Part shown: one piece after another, positions 37,789-46,602 of the stretch | Position numbering within the stretch: position 1 is the stretch's first letter | Layout: each line of letters starts with the position of its first letter | Origin: Desulfobulbaceae bacterium DB1 | GTDB taxonomy: Bacteria > Desulfobacterota > Desulfobulbia > Desulfobulbales > SURF-16 | NCBI GenBank assembly: GCA_001914235.1 | Contig: MQUF01000014.1 | Location: forward strand, 2,005-66,004 | Length of the DNA: 64,000 bases | Direction of reading: 5' to 3' | Translations under genes and position numbers: made by a program | The notes under the pieces: model-generated | The model's database searches: none | What the model was told of the DNA's origin: nothing | What the model saw: only the letters and a program-made list of their open reading frames with translations

Positions 37789-38321
37789 TGAATCCTTCAC
37801 TGTTATCACCCGAAGGTTTAGCCGGAGTTATTTTCCTGATCCTAATTTGCGTCACTGTGATCGGGGCGATAATTGCAACGTGTACAAAAAGATTGATCAG
37901 AAGCGTCAGTGGACTTGCCGTTTGCTTCTTGGGCGTTGCCGGGCTCTATTATTTCCTGAACAGCCCTTTTGTCGCCATGATGGAGCTCCTTATTTATGTT
38001 GGCGCGGTTTGTGTCACTATTGCTTTTGCCATCATGCTTGCCGAGCCGGATGAGGCTAGGTTGGCAAGAAAGTTAAGCGGATTAAGCGGCGGATTAGCTA
38101 CGGTCTGCGGTGGTGGTTTTGCATTCGCCCTTGGTTATGCCGCAGTGAACGCACAGTGGATGGCGCCCGCCACAAAGGTAAACGACGGATCTTTAAAGGC
38201 AATAGGTTATAGCCTGCTGACCAATTACAGCATGGTTTTTGAGCTTATTTCAATCGTATTGCTTGTGGCCATTGTCGGTTCCCTTGCCTTGGCTAGAAGC
38301 GGAAGAAGAGGCAATGCATAA
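37788..38321 (+). CDS. nuoJ: NADH:quinone oxidoreductase subunit J
   Basis: 177 aa membrane protein in the J position. MELLIYVGAVCVTIAFAIM. TGATG overlap with nuoI. Confidence 0.85.
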   Translation: MNPSLLSPEGLAGVIFLILICVTVIGAIIATCTKRLIRSVSGLAVCFLGVAGLYYFLNSPFVAMMELLIYVGAVCVTIAFAIMLAEPDEARLARKLSGLSGGLATVCGGGFAFALGYAAVNAQWMAPATKVNDGSLKAIGYSLLTNYSMVFELISIVLLVAIVGSLALARSGRRGNA

Positions 38322-38641
38322 TGTTAACACTCAGTACGCAGCTTAACACCTATCTCATTATCGGCGCCATCCTCTTCGGGTTCGGCATATTCGGTCTGGT
38401 TAGAAGGCCGAGTCTTATCGGCATGCTTATTGCGGTTGAGCTTGTTTTGAGCGGCGCATCCATTAATTTCATGGCCTTCAACCATTTTCTCGCACCTGAT
38501 CCCACGGTCGGGCAGATTATCACCCTTTTCATCATGGCCATTGCCGCGGCCGAAGCTGCCATTGCGCTCAGTATTGTGCTGGCGGTTTATAGAAACTATA
38601 AATCCATTGAAACTGAAGATCTGGTTGAACTGAACGGATAA
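38321..38641 (+). CDS. nuoK: NADH:quinone oxidoreductase subunit K
   Basis: 106 aa, 3 TM. IAVELVLSGASINF and AAAEAAIALSIVLAVYR are NuoK-like. TAATG overlap with nuoJ. Confidence 0.9.
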   Translation: MLTLSTQLNTYLIIGAILFGFGIFGLVRRPSLIGMLIAVELVLSGASINFMAFNHFLAPDPTVGQIITLFIMAIAAAEAAIALSIVLAVYRNYKSIETEDLVELNG

Positions 38642-38655
38642 TATCGAGGATTGCC

Positions 38656-40155
38656 ATGGAAACCGTTAACGCTGTCACAGGCGATATTGTCACCACGAGT
38701 AAGTTGGTTTGGGCGCTGATTGTACCTCTGCTGGGTTCATTTCTTGTGTCCCTGTCCGGCAAGAAACCGAATCTTCGGGAAACTTGGTCGGTCGTTTCCG
38801 CTGTCATACTGTTTACTCTGGTTACCACCCTGATTTCTCCGGTGCTTTCCGGGAAGGTTCTGTATTATCAGCTTTTTAAAATCTTGCCCGGGATTACGGT
38901 GACATTGCGGGCGGACGCTTTGTCCATGATCTTTGCCCTGGTCGCGTCATCCTTGTGGATTGCCGCTGCTTTCTATTCCATGGGCTATATGCGCGGGCTG
39001 CATGAGCATGCGCAGACTCGTTTCAACACCTGTTTTGCCATCGCCATCTTCGGGGCAATCGGAGTTGCCTTTTCCGACAACCTCTTTACCATGTATCTTT
39101 TTTACGAGATCGTCAGTGTCTGCACCTATCCGCTGGTCGCGCATCATCAGGACGACGAGGCATACGAGGGCGCCAAGAAATATATCGTATATCTGACCAC
39201 CACCGCCAAGGGATTTCTTTTGCCCTCCCTTGCGCTTATTTATGTCCTGACCGGATCCCTGGATTTCCCCCATAACATCAATACCGGTATTATTCCGGCT
39301 GATACAAATTCAGCCCTGGTCATCATGCTTTTTATTTTCTGCCTCTTCGGCTTTGCTAAAAACGGCGTCATGCCTTTTCATCATTGGCTTCCCGGTGCCA
39401 TGGTCGCACCGACACCGGTCAGTGCGCTGCTTCATGCCGTGGCGGTTGTCAAGGTCGGTGTTTTCTGCACCGCCAGGGTCATGCTTTATGTTTTCGGCGT
39501 CGATCTGATGGGCGCCTTGAACCTCGGAATACCCACCGCTTATTTTGTCGGTTTCACCATTGTCATGGCTTCCGTCATCGCCCTGACCAAGGACAATCTC
39601 AAGGCGCGGCTCGCCTATTCAACCGTCAGCCAGCTTTCCTATATTATCCTGGGCGTTTGCCTCCTCACTCCACACGGCATCCAGGGCGGACTTGTTCACA
39701 TTGCCAATCATGCCTTTTCCAAAATCACACTCTTCTTCTGTGCAGGTGCCATCTATGTCGCCACCCACAAGAAAAACATTTCCGAAATGAGTGGGCTGGG
39801 CAGGACCATGCCGTTTACCTTCGCCGCTTTTGCCATTGCCTCGCTCAGCATGATCGGTGCGCCGCCGGTGGCCGGATTTGTCACGAAATGGGAGCTGCTT
39901 GTTGGAACCATAGAGTCGGGGTCACTGGGCATCCTGCTGGTGCTGCTGGCCAGTACACTGCTCAACGTCGGTTATTTCGCGCCCGTGGCCTATAAGGCGT
40001 TTTTCGGAAAGCGTCCGGAGGGAGAACCTTATGTGGGTGTGCAGGAAGCTCCCCTCGCCATGGTTATTCCACTCTGCACGGCATCGGTTATATCTGTCAT
40101 ACTCGGCATTTATCCGGATTTTTTCATGAACTTCGTTAAAGTGGTGATAGGATGA
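38656..40155 (+). CDS. extra antiporter-like subunit (MrpD/NuoM-type proton-conducting membrane transporter), no lateral helix
   Basis: 499 aa. TM5-type Glu context LFYEIVSV. TM7-8 block PFHHWLPGAMVAPTPVSALLHAVAVVKVG. Sits between nuoK and the NuoL-like gene. Confidence 0.8.
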   Translation: METVNAVTGDIVTTSKLVWALIVPLLGSFLVSLSGKKPNLRETWSVVSAVILFTLVTTLISPVLSGKVLYYQLFKILPGITVTLRADALSMIFALVASSLWIAAAFYSMGYMRGLHEHAQTRFNTCFAIAIFGAIGVAFSDNLFTMYLFYEIVSVCTYPLVAHHQDDEAYEGAKKYIVYLTTTAKGFLLPSLALIYVLTGSLDFPHNINTGIIPADTNSALVIMLFIFCLFGFAKNGVMPFHHWLPGAMVAPTPVSALLHAVAVVKVGVFCTARVMLYVFGVDLMGALNLGIPTAYFVGFTIVMASVIALTKDNLKARLAYSTVSQLSYIILGVCLLTPHGIQGGLVHIANHAFSKITLFFCAGAIYVATHKKNISEMSGLGRTMPFTFAAFAIASLSMIGAPPVAGFVTKWELLVGTIESGSLGILLVLLASTLLNVGYFAPVAYKAFFGKRPEGEPYVGVQEAPLAMVIPLCTASVISVILGIYPDFFMNFVKVVIG

Positions 40156-40403
40156 TAACCTCGTTGATTCAATTTTTTCGCGATCGGTTAAAGACGACTA
40201 TTCTTGCCTGTCTCGTCTTGATCGGTCTTATCGCTCTCTGGGGATCATTCATGGTTGATACCAGCCATGCCCACACCGACATGGAGAAGCTGCCCTTTTT
40301 CTGGACTTTTTTCGGGTTGCTCGGCGGTGCCGTGCTTATTCTCCTCTCCCGGTTTATTGGAAGTTTAGGAATAATGACCCGTGAGGATTATTACGATGAA
40401 TAA
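40152..40403 (+). CDS. 83-aa two-TM membrane protein, coupled on both sides to antiporter-like subunits
   Basis: Two hydrophobic stretches (TTILACLVLIGLIALWGSFMV; FFWTFFGLLGGAVLILLSRFIG). ATGA overlap at 40152-40155. The downstream ATG 40396 lies inside its last codons. Confidence 0.6.
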   Translation: MITSLIQFFRDRLKTTILACLVLIGLIALWGSFMVDTSHAHTDMEKLPFFWTFFGLLGGAVLILLSRFIGSLGIMTREDYYDE

Positions 40404-42174
40404 TTTCTGGATGCACCCATCACTTATCCTTATCCTGGGCGGACTGCTCATCCCGTGCATGCGCGGTGTTGCGCGCAAGGCGTTTCTGCTTATCGTGCCG
40501 ACCATCACCTTTGTAACCGTGCTTTTCATGGACAAAGGAGTCTATGGGGTAGTTCAGTTTCTCGATTGGCACCTCACCTTTGCCAGGGTAGATGCTTTAA
40601 GCCAGATTTTTGCCTATATCATGTCGCTGATGTGTATTATCGGCACCCTCTTTGCCTTGAACGTTGAAGAGGATGGTCAGCTTATCGCCGCCTGGTACTA
40701 TGTCGCAGGCTCACTCGGAGTCATCCTCTGCGGCGATTACGTCGTGCTCTTTCTGTTTTGGGAACTGATGGCCTTTGCCTCGGTTTTTCTGGTCTGGTAC
40801 CGCAAGGGTCCTCAGTCAACGGCCACCGGCTACCGCTATTTGCTTATTCATACCATCGGCGGCTTATTTCTCCTGGCCGGTTTTGTTCTGCGGTACCACA
40901 ATACCGGAGGGGATCTGAGCTTCGGTCCATTGGGCGTTGATATGCCCAGTCTGGCAACCTATCTTATTCTTATCGGATTTATCGTCAATGCCGCTGTGCC
41001 GCCTTTTCATTCCTGGTTGCCGGATGCATACGCAGAAGCAAGTGTCGCCGGCGCCGTTTTTATGTGCGCCTTTACCACCAAAACGGCAATCTATGTTCTG
41101 GCCCGCGGATTCGCCGGTATGGACATATTGATCCCCCTGGGTGCGATCATGGCGCTGTATGGTGTTGTCTACGGCATCATCGAAAACGACAGCCGCAGGA
41201 TTTTCGCCTGGGATACGGTGAGCCAGGTCGGATATATGGTAGTGGGGGTCGGAATCGGCTCCAGTCTGGCAATTAACGGCGCCTGCGCCCATGCCTTTGC
41301 TCATATTCTTTATAACGGACTGCTTTTCATGGGCACCGGATCGGTGCTTTACATGACCGGCACGTCGAAATTAACCGAACTGGGCGGACTGTATAAAAAG
41401 ATGCCGCGCACCTTTATCTTTACCCTGATCGGCGGTCTTTCCATTGCCGGATTTCCGCTGTTCAGCGGCTTTGTCAGTAAATCAATGATCATTGCCGCCG
41501 GATTTTCATCTCACAATCTGTGGGCGGCTTTTGCCTTGACGCTGGCTTCGGCCGGTACCTTTCTGCTGGCCGGTCTCAAGGTTCCTTACTACATCTGGTT
41601 CGGCAAGAACAACTGTACCAGCGAACGGTGGGAAAAAGCCGCTGATCCGCCATGGAATATGCAGGCGGCAATGGCTATTGCTTCCGTGCTTTGTGCCTTT
41701 ATCGGCTGCTACACCGCTTACCTATACAACATGCTGCCCTTTCAGGTCGAGTTTCATCCTTACACCGCCTACCATTTGTCGGAAACATTGCAGATCATCG
41801 GCGGTGCCGGTTTGATTTTCTTTCTCCTGAAAAGGTACATGGAGCCCACCGCCACCATCAGTCTTGATCTTGACTGGTTCTATCGCATGGGAGGTCGGGC
41901 ATTCATGTGGGTTGACAGTAAAGTGTTTCAGGCCATTGATCTGGCCGTTGGTGAAATTTACCGGTATATCGGCATTTTCCCGCTGATGACCATTTCCCGG
42001 TTCTGGTCCTGGTTTGACTGGAATGCAATTGATGGCGTGGTGGACGGTACCGCCCGTTCGGTCAGAAACATCGGTGGTGTCGTCCGTCGGTTTCAGTCCG
42101 GCAATATCCAGTACAGTATATTTTTTGCTGCATCAATGGCCGCCGCTGCAGTTTTGGTCTTTGTTTTTGCCTGA
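40396..42174 (+). CDS. nuoL: NuoL/MrpA-like antiporter subunit with C-terminal lateral-helix segment
   Basis: About 592 aa. LFWELMAF, PPFHSWLPDAYAEASVAGAVFMCAFTTKTA. C-terminal amphipathic DGVVDGTARSVRNIGGVVRRFQSGNIQYS plus a final TM, as in NuoL/MrpA. Confidence 0.75.
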   Translation: MNNFWMHPSLILILGGLLIPCMRGVARKAFLLIVPTITFVTVLFMDKGVYGVVQFLDWHLTFARVDALSQIFAYIMSLMCIIGTLFALNVEEDGQLIAAWYYVAGSLGVILCGDYVVLFLFWELMAFASVFLVWYRKGPQSTATGYRYLLIHTIGGLFLLAGFVLRYHNTGGDLSFGPLGVDMPSLATYLILIGFIVNAAVPPFHSWLPDAYAEASVAGAVFMCAFTTKTAIYVLARGFAGMDILIPLGAIMALYGVVYGIIENDSRRIFAWDTVSQVGYMVVGVGIGSSLAINGACAHAFAHILYNGLLFMGTGSVLYMTGTSKLTELGGLYKKMPRTFIFTLIGGLSIAGFPLFSGFVSKSMIIAAGFSSHNLWAAFALTLASAGTFLLAGLKVPYYIWFGKNNCTSERWEKAADPPWNMQAAMAIASVLCAFIGCYTAYLYNMLPFQVEFHPYTAYHLSETLQIIGGAGLIFFLLKRYMEPTATISLDLDWFYRMGGRAFMWVDSKVFQAIDLAVGEIYRYIGIFPLMTISRFWSWFDWNAIDGVVDGTARSVRNIGGVVRRFQSGNIQYSIFFAASMAAAAVLVFVFA

Positions 42175-42239
42175 TCAAGGCTATGAAGCGATTTCAGGAA
42201 AATAACGAATATTAATAGAGTGAACAGAGGATAGTGGGA

Positions 42240-43745
42240 ATGGATTTTCTAATAATGAATGAAGGGTTTCCCCTTTTAAGTGCCCTTATCTTTCTCCCTT
42301 TGGCTGGTGCGTTTATCCTGCTTTTCCTGCCGGGCGAAAATGTGCAACGGATTTGGACCATGGTGGTGACTTCCGTTACCGCGGTCATTTCCTTTCCTCT
42401 GTACAGCGGTTTCGATTCCACCACGGCAAAGTATCAATTCGGTGAGCATATCGGGTGGATACCCTCGCTCAATATCAATTATACTCTGGGGATTGACGGC
42501 ATCAGCCTCCTGCTCGTGCTGCTGACAACCTTTATTATGCCGCTTTGTGTTCTCGGTTCCTGGACCTATATCCAGAAGCGGGTCAAGGAGTTCATGATAT
42601 GCCTGCTGGTTATGGAAACAGCCATGCTCGGCGTTTTCATGGCCCTTGATTTCGTACTGTTTTACATTCTCTGGGAAGCAATGTTGATTCCCATGTATCT
42701 TCTGATCGGTGTCTGGGGCGGGCCGAGAAAAATTTATGCATCGATCAAATTCTTTCTCTACACACTGGCCGGCTCCGTCATGCTGCTTGTCGCTATTATC
42801 GCGCTTTATCTCAAGACCGGGAGTTTCAGTATCCCGATGATGATGGGGCAGGACTATTCATCAACCTTTCAGATCTGGGTTTTTCTGGCTTTTTTTCTGG
42901 CATTTGCCATCAAAGTGCCCATGTTTCCCTTTCATACATGGCTGCCGGCCGCCCATGTCGAGGCACCAACGGCGGGCAGCGTCATTCTGGCCAGTATTTT
43001 GTTGAAAATGGGAACCTATGGTTTCCTGCGTTTCTGTCTGCCCATTACCCCGCTTGCGACCCTAAGCCTGGGGCCCTATGTTCTGTGGATGTCGGTGGCG
43101 GCCATTCTTTATGGTGGCTTCACCGCCCTGGCTCAGTCCGACATGAAGAAATTGATTGCCTACTCCAGTGTCGGACATATGGGATTTGTCACCCTGGGGA
43201 TCTTCTTCCTGAACCGACAAGGGTTGGAAGGCGCGTTGCTGCAGATGATTAATCATGGTGTGACGACGGGCGCACTCTTCCTTTGCGTGGGCATGATGTA
43301 TGAACGAACCCACAGTCGGGAACTTAAGGACCATTCGGGCATTGCCCAGAATCTGCCGATCTTTGTTTCATTTTTAACGGTATTTTCCTTGTCCTCCCTG
43401 GCTTTCCCAGCCACAAACAGTTTTGTCGGTGAGTTTATGGTGCTGGCCGGCGCTTTCAGTGTCAATAAGATTATTGCCGGAGCGGCAATTCCCGGCGCCA
43501 TCCTTGCCGCTGCCTACATGATGCGTTTGCTGCAATATGTCCTTTTCAAGGGACCTGGGCGGCCGGATATAGCCGATCTGAATGTAAGGGAAATCGTTAC
43601 ACTGACTCCATTGCTCTTTTTTGTTTTCTGGATCGGACTGGCACCGGAACCTTTTATCAGCGTCATGCATGCGAGCGTCGATTCCCTGCTGGAGCAGGTA
43701 AATCTGGCGAAATCCGCGCATGTCGCCCTGAACATGATACCGTAG
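42240..43745 (+). CDS. nuoM: NADH:quinone oxidoreductase subunit M
   Basis: About 501 aa. FYILWEAMLIPMYLLIGVWGG, PFHTWLPAAHVEAPTAGSVILASILLKMGTYG. Confidence 0.9.
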   Translation: MDFLIMNEGFPLLSALIFLPLAGAFILLFLPGENVQRIWTMVVTSVTAVISFPLYSGFDSTTAKYQFGEHIGWIPSLNINYTLGIDGISLLLVLLTTFIMPLCVLGSWTYIQKRVKEFMICLLVMETAMLGVFMALDFVLFYILWEAMLIPMYLLIGVWGGPRKIYASIKFFLYTLAGSVMLLVAIIALYLKTGSFSIPMMMGQDYSSTFQIWVFLAFFLAFAIKVPMFPFHTWLPAAHVEAPTAGSVILASILLKMGTYGFLRFCLPITPLATLSLGPYVLWMSVAAILYGGFTALAQSDMKKLIAYSSVGHMGFVTLGIFFLNRQGLEGALLQMINHGVTTGALFLCVGMMYERTHSRELKDHSGIAQNLPIFVSFLTVFSLSSLAFPATNSFVGEFMVLAGAFSVNKIIAGAAIPGAILAAAYMMRLLQYVLFKGPGRPDIADLNVREIVTLTPLLFFVFWIGLAPEPFISVMHASVDSLLEQVNLAKSAHVALNMIP

Positions 43746-43821
43746 CATTATTTACGGCGAGGCGGGCTGAGCCCTCTTGCTAAATAATAAGGCAAGCATA
43801 GAACATATATAAGGAATCAAC

Positions 43822-45237
43822 ATGTTGTTTGCACCAGAGTTATTACTGCTGATGGGAAGTCTGGTTCTCTTCTTTGTCACTCTCGGACAGGGGAAGGGAA
43901 AGCTGGCAAAAAACATTGCCTTGTTTTTAGCAGTGGCATCGAGTCTTTTGAGCCTGGCAACACTTCAGCTTGAGGGCAATTTGTTCTTTAACGCCTATCG
44001 CATTGATCTCTTTTCCCAGATTTTCAAGTTTGCCATGTCAATAGGCCTTGTTGCCGTTCTTATTTTCGGCAGTGACCTGAAAGGGATCAATAATTCGGTT
44101 CGGCCTGAGTATTATCTTTTCATGATACTCAGTATGCTGGGACTGGTTATGCTTGTCAGCAGCGTCGAACTGCTCACCCTGTTCATTGCCCTGGAGCTGT
44201 CATCCTACTCCCTCTACCTCATGGTGCCGATGCGCGATGATCGCGGCGGGTTGCGCATGCAAATGGAGGCGGCAATCAAATACATTCTATTTGGTGCGGT
44301 TGCCACCGCTACCATGCTTTACGGAATGAGCTTTATTTACGGACTCACCGGAACCACCTATTTCACCGAATTGATACCGAAGCTGCATGTGCTGGCATCA
44401 ACGCCGACGGCGATGTTGGCCATTGCCCTTTTCATGACAGGCTTTTTTTACAAACTCGCTGTGTTTCCCTTCCATTTCTGGGTGCCTGATGTTTATCAGG
44501 GTGCGTCAAACAGCACCACGGCATTTATCGCTTCAATTCCCAAATTGGGTGCCGTTGCCCTGCTCATTCGCATCACAACCCTTGTCGCACCCAATGGCGG
44601 TGAATCAGTGGTTATGATGCTGATGATCCTTGCCGTCTGTTCCATGTTTTACGGGAACCTCTCCGCCCTGGTGCAGACCGATGTCAAACGAATGCTGGGC
44701 TTTTCCGGTATTGCCCATGCGGGCTTTGTGATGCTCGGCCTCCTCACCCTTGATGATACCGGTTTTGCCACCTCGATGTACTACATTACAGGGTATCTTT
44801 TCATGAACCTTGCCTGTTTTCTCGTCATCTGCAAGGTTTCACAAAATGGAGAAAATGTCGTCATAAATGATTTCAGCGGTCTGTACAAACGCTCTCCATT
44901 ACTTGCCTTGACCCTGTTGGTCGGCATGATGGCACTGGCCGGTATACCGCCCTTTGTCGGGTTTATGGGCAAATTCATGCTGTTGACCGGGGCTCTGAAA
45001 GCAGGGCATCTGACCCTGGTCATCCTGGCGGCGCTTAATACCGCGATTGCAATTTATTATTATCTATCCGTCGTGCGGGTGGCATTCTGCAGTGCACCGG
45101 AAGAGCGTCCCGATGTTTCAGTTGATTTGATGACGCGTTTCGTCAGTATTTCTTTGATAGTTGTCATCATCGTCATGGGCGTTGCGCCGAAACAGGTTTT
45201 ACAGATTGCAACCAGCGCGGTGCGAACGATTCTTTGA
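43822..45237 (+). CDS. nuoN: NADH:quinone oxidoreductase subunit N
   Basis: 471 aa. LFIALELSSYSLY, FPFHFWVPDVYQGASNSTTAFIASIPKLG. Confidence 0.9.
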   Translation: MLFAPELLLLMGSLVLFFVTLGQGKGKLAKNIALFLAVASSLLSLATLQLEGNLFFNAYRIDLFSQIFKFAMSIGLVAVLIFGSDLKGINNSVRPEYYLFMILSMLGLVMLVSSVELLTLFIALELSSYSLYLMVPMRDDRGGLRMQMEAAIKYILFGAVATATMLYGMSFIYGLTGTTYFTELIPKLHVLASTPTAMLAIALFMTGFFYKLAVFPFHFWVPDVYQGASNSTTAFIASIPKLGAVALLIRITTLVAPNGGESVVMMLMILAVCSMFYGNLSALVQTDVKRMLGFSGIAHAGFVMLGLLTLDDTGFATSMYYITGYLFMNLACFLVICKVSQNGENVVINDFSGLYKRSPLLALTLLVGMMALAGIPPFVGFMGKFMLLTGALKAGHLTLVILAALNTAIAIYYYLSVVRVAFCSAPEERPDVSVDLMTRFVSISLIVVIIVMGVAPKQVLQIATSAVRTIL

Positions 45238-45266
45238 TCTTCCGTCTTGCTGCATCATTTCCATTG

Positions 45267-45320
45267 GTCCGAGTTGATTGCTTTTGCCTGGCAGATCAAC
45301 TCGGACGATGCCTTTTTTTT
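45267..45320 (+). terminator. intrinsic terminator of the nuo operon
   Basis: About 16-bp stem (ggtccgagttgattgc / gcagatcaactcggac, one bulge), 9-nt loop, then gatgcc + T8 (45313-45320). Confidence 0.6.
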
Positions 45321-45420
45321 AATTCTATCCCCCCTCCTTTCCTGCTTCTTCAATTCATGAGCCATTGTATGCCCTGCCTGGCAACATTGAGCGTTACTTT
45401 GAGCTGAATGGATACTCTGC

Positions 45421-45448
45421 TTGACAAGATAAATAAAAAATGTATAGT
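45421..45448 (+). promoter_or_regulatory. sigma70-type promoter for tRNA-Gly
   Basis: TTGACA (45421-45426), 16-nt A-rich spacer, TATAGT (45443-45448). 17 nt upstream of the tRNA 5' end. Confidence 0.55.
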
Positions 45449-45465
45449 GTGGTATTAACTTCAGT

Positions 45466-45541
45466 GCGGACGTAGCTCAGTTGGTAGAGTACAAGCTTCC
45501 CAAGCTTGGTGTCGCGGGTTCGAATCCCGTTGTCCGCTCCA
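45466..45541 (+). tRNA. tRNA-Gly (anticodon CCC), CCA encoded
   Basis: GCGGACGTAGCTCAGTTGGTAGAGTACAAGCTTCCCAAGCTTGGTGTCGCGGGTTCGAATCCCGTTGTCCGCTCCA folds as a cloverleaf. Anticodon loop is U-U-CCC-A-A. Confidence 0.95.
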
Positions 45542-45786
45542 TGCTGATTCGAGACCTTCTGCTGAATCCGGTCTTTTGGTATATTGAGTCATGATGAACT
45601 TGTGGGTGTTTCAGGGAAGCGTGCGTCACGCACTCCGTGCCGCGGCCCTGAAATAAGCGGGGATTTCCCGGTTCCACCTGCCTGTTGCTGCTTTAATATG
45701 CTCACCTGAAGTTATTGATTAAGATGCCGAGAGATGTGCAGAAAATTTCTCGGCTGGATGGTTTGCGATCAACCATCCGCTGTAAA

Positions 45787-45808
45787 GTGGGCTATGCCCG
45801 CTTTTTTT
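45787..45808 (+). terminator. intrinsic terminator closing a ~265-nt structured region downstream of tRNA-Gly
   Basis: gtgggc-tat-gcccgc hairpin followed by T7 (45802-45808). Preceded by hairpins at 45726-45754 and 45753-45780. Confidence 0.55.
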
Positions 45809-45995
45809 GTTTTACACTTTAACTCTTGACCGCCTCGGCACAAGTCGCGATTGCGACTTTCGTCATATCAGCCGCCGCGAAATCGGGAAAGGAAATTGTC
45901 GCCGTTGTTCACGGGGATAACTATCTGCGTATCCCGTTTGTCGTGCTGATGTTTTTAGGTGCATTGAATTCAATTGGTACTATACACGCGAGAAG

Positions 45996-46460
45996 ATGGA
46001 TTCGTACAGGGATCGTATTGCGGTTGAAGTCGGCCGATTAATTGAACCGATACTCGCCGAACTTGGACTTGAGATGGTGGAGGTTCAGTACCGTCAGGAG
46101 CAAATCGGCTGGGTATTGCGGATTATCATTTTCCGGGACGGCGGCGTCAGTATTGATGACTGTGCCCGTGTCAGTCGCGAAGCAAGCCGCCTGCTTGATG
46201 TCGAAGACCTGATTGATCAGAAATACCATCTGGAGGTTTCTTCCCCTGGTCTTGACCGGCCATTGAAGACCGAGAGGGATTTTTCACGGAATTTGGGAAA
46301 AAAAGTCAAGCTGGTGGTTGATGAGCTCGGCAAGCAGGAAACGGAAATTGGAATTATCCGCTCTGTGCAAGATGGTGTTCTGGCGTTACAGACCCTTTCC
46401 GGTGAAATATCGTTTCCCCTTGCAGATATTAAAAATGCAAGGCTTGAAATAGAATTCTGA
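45996..46460 (+). CDS. rimP: ribosome maturation factor RimP
   Basis: 154 aa. LEVSSPGLDRPLK motif. Upstream of nusA. Confidence 0.9.
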   Translation: MDSYRDRIAVEVGRLIEPILAELGLEMVEVQYRQEQIGWVLRIIIFRDGGVSIDDCARVSREASRLLDVEDLIDQKYHLEVSSPGLDRPLKTERDFSRNLGKKVKLVVDELGKQETEIGIIRSVQDGVLALQTLSGEISFPLADIKNARLEIEF

Positions 46461-46602
46461 CTCAGGTGAATTGGATAAGATTCTGAGATGAGCTGTTTTG
46501 GCCATAATTTCAATATGATTTGAATATAAAATTGCAGAGCTGGTGATACTTCCGGCTTTGCCCGCTGTAACAGCCTGTGGGCTGAAATTGTGGAGATGAA
46601 GA

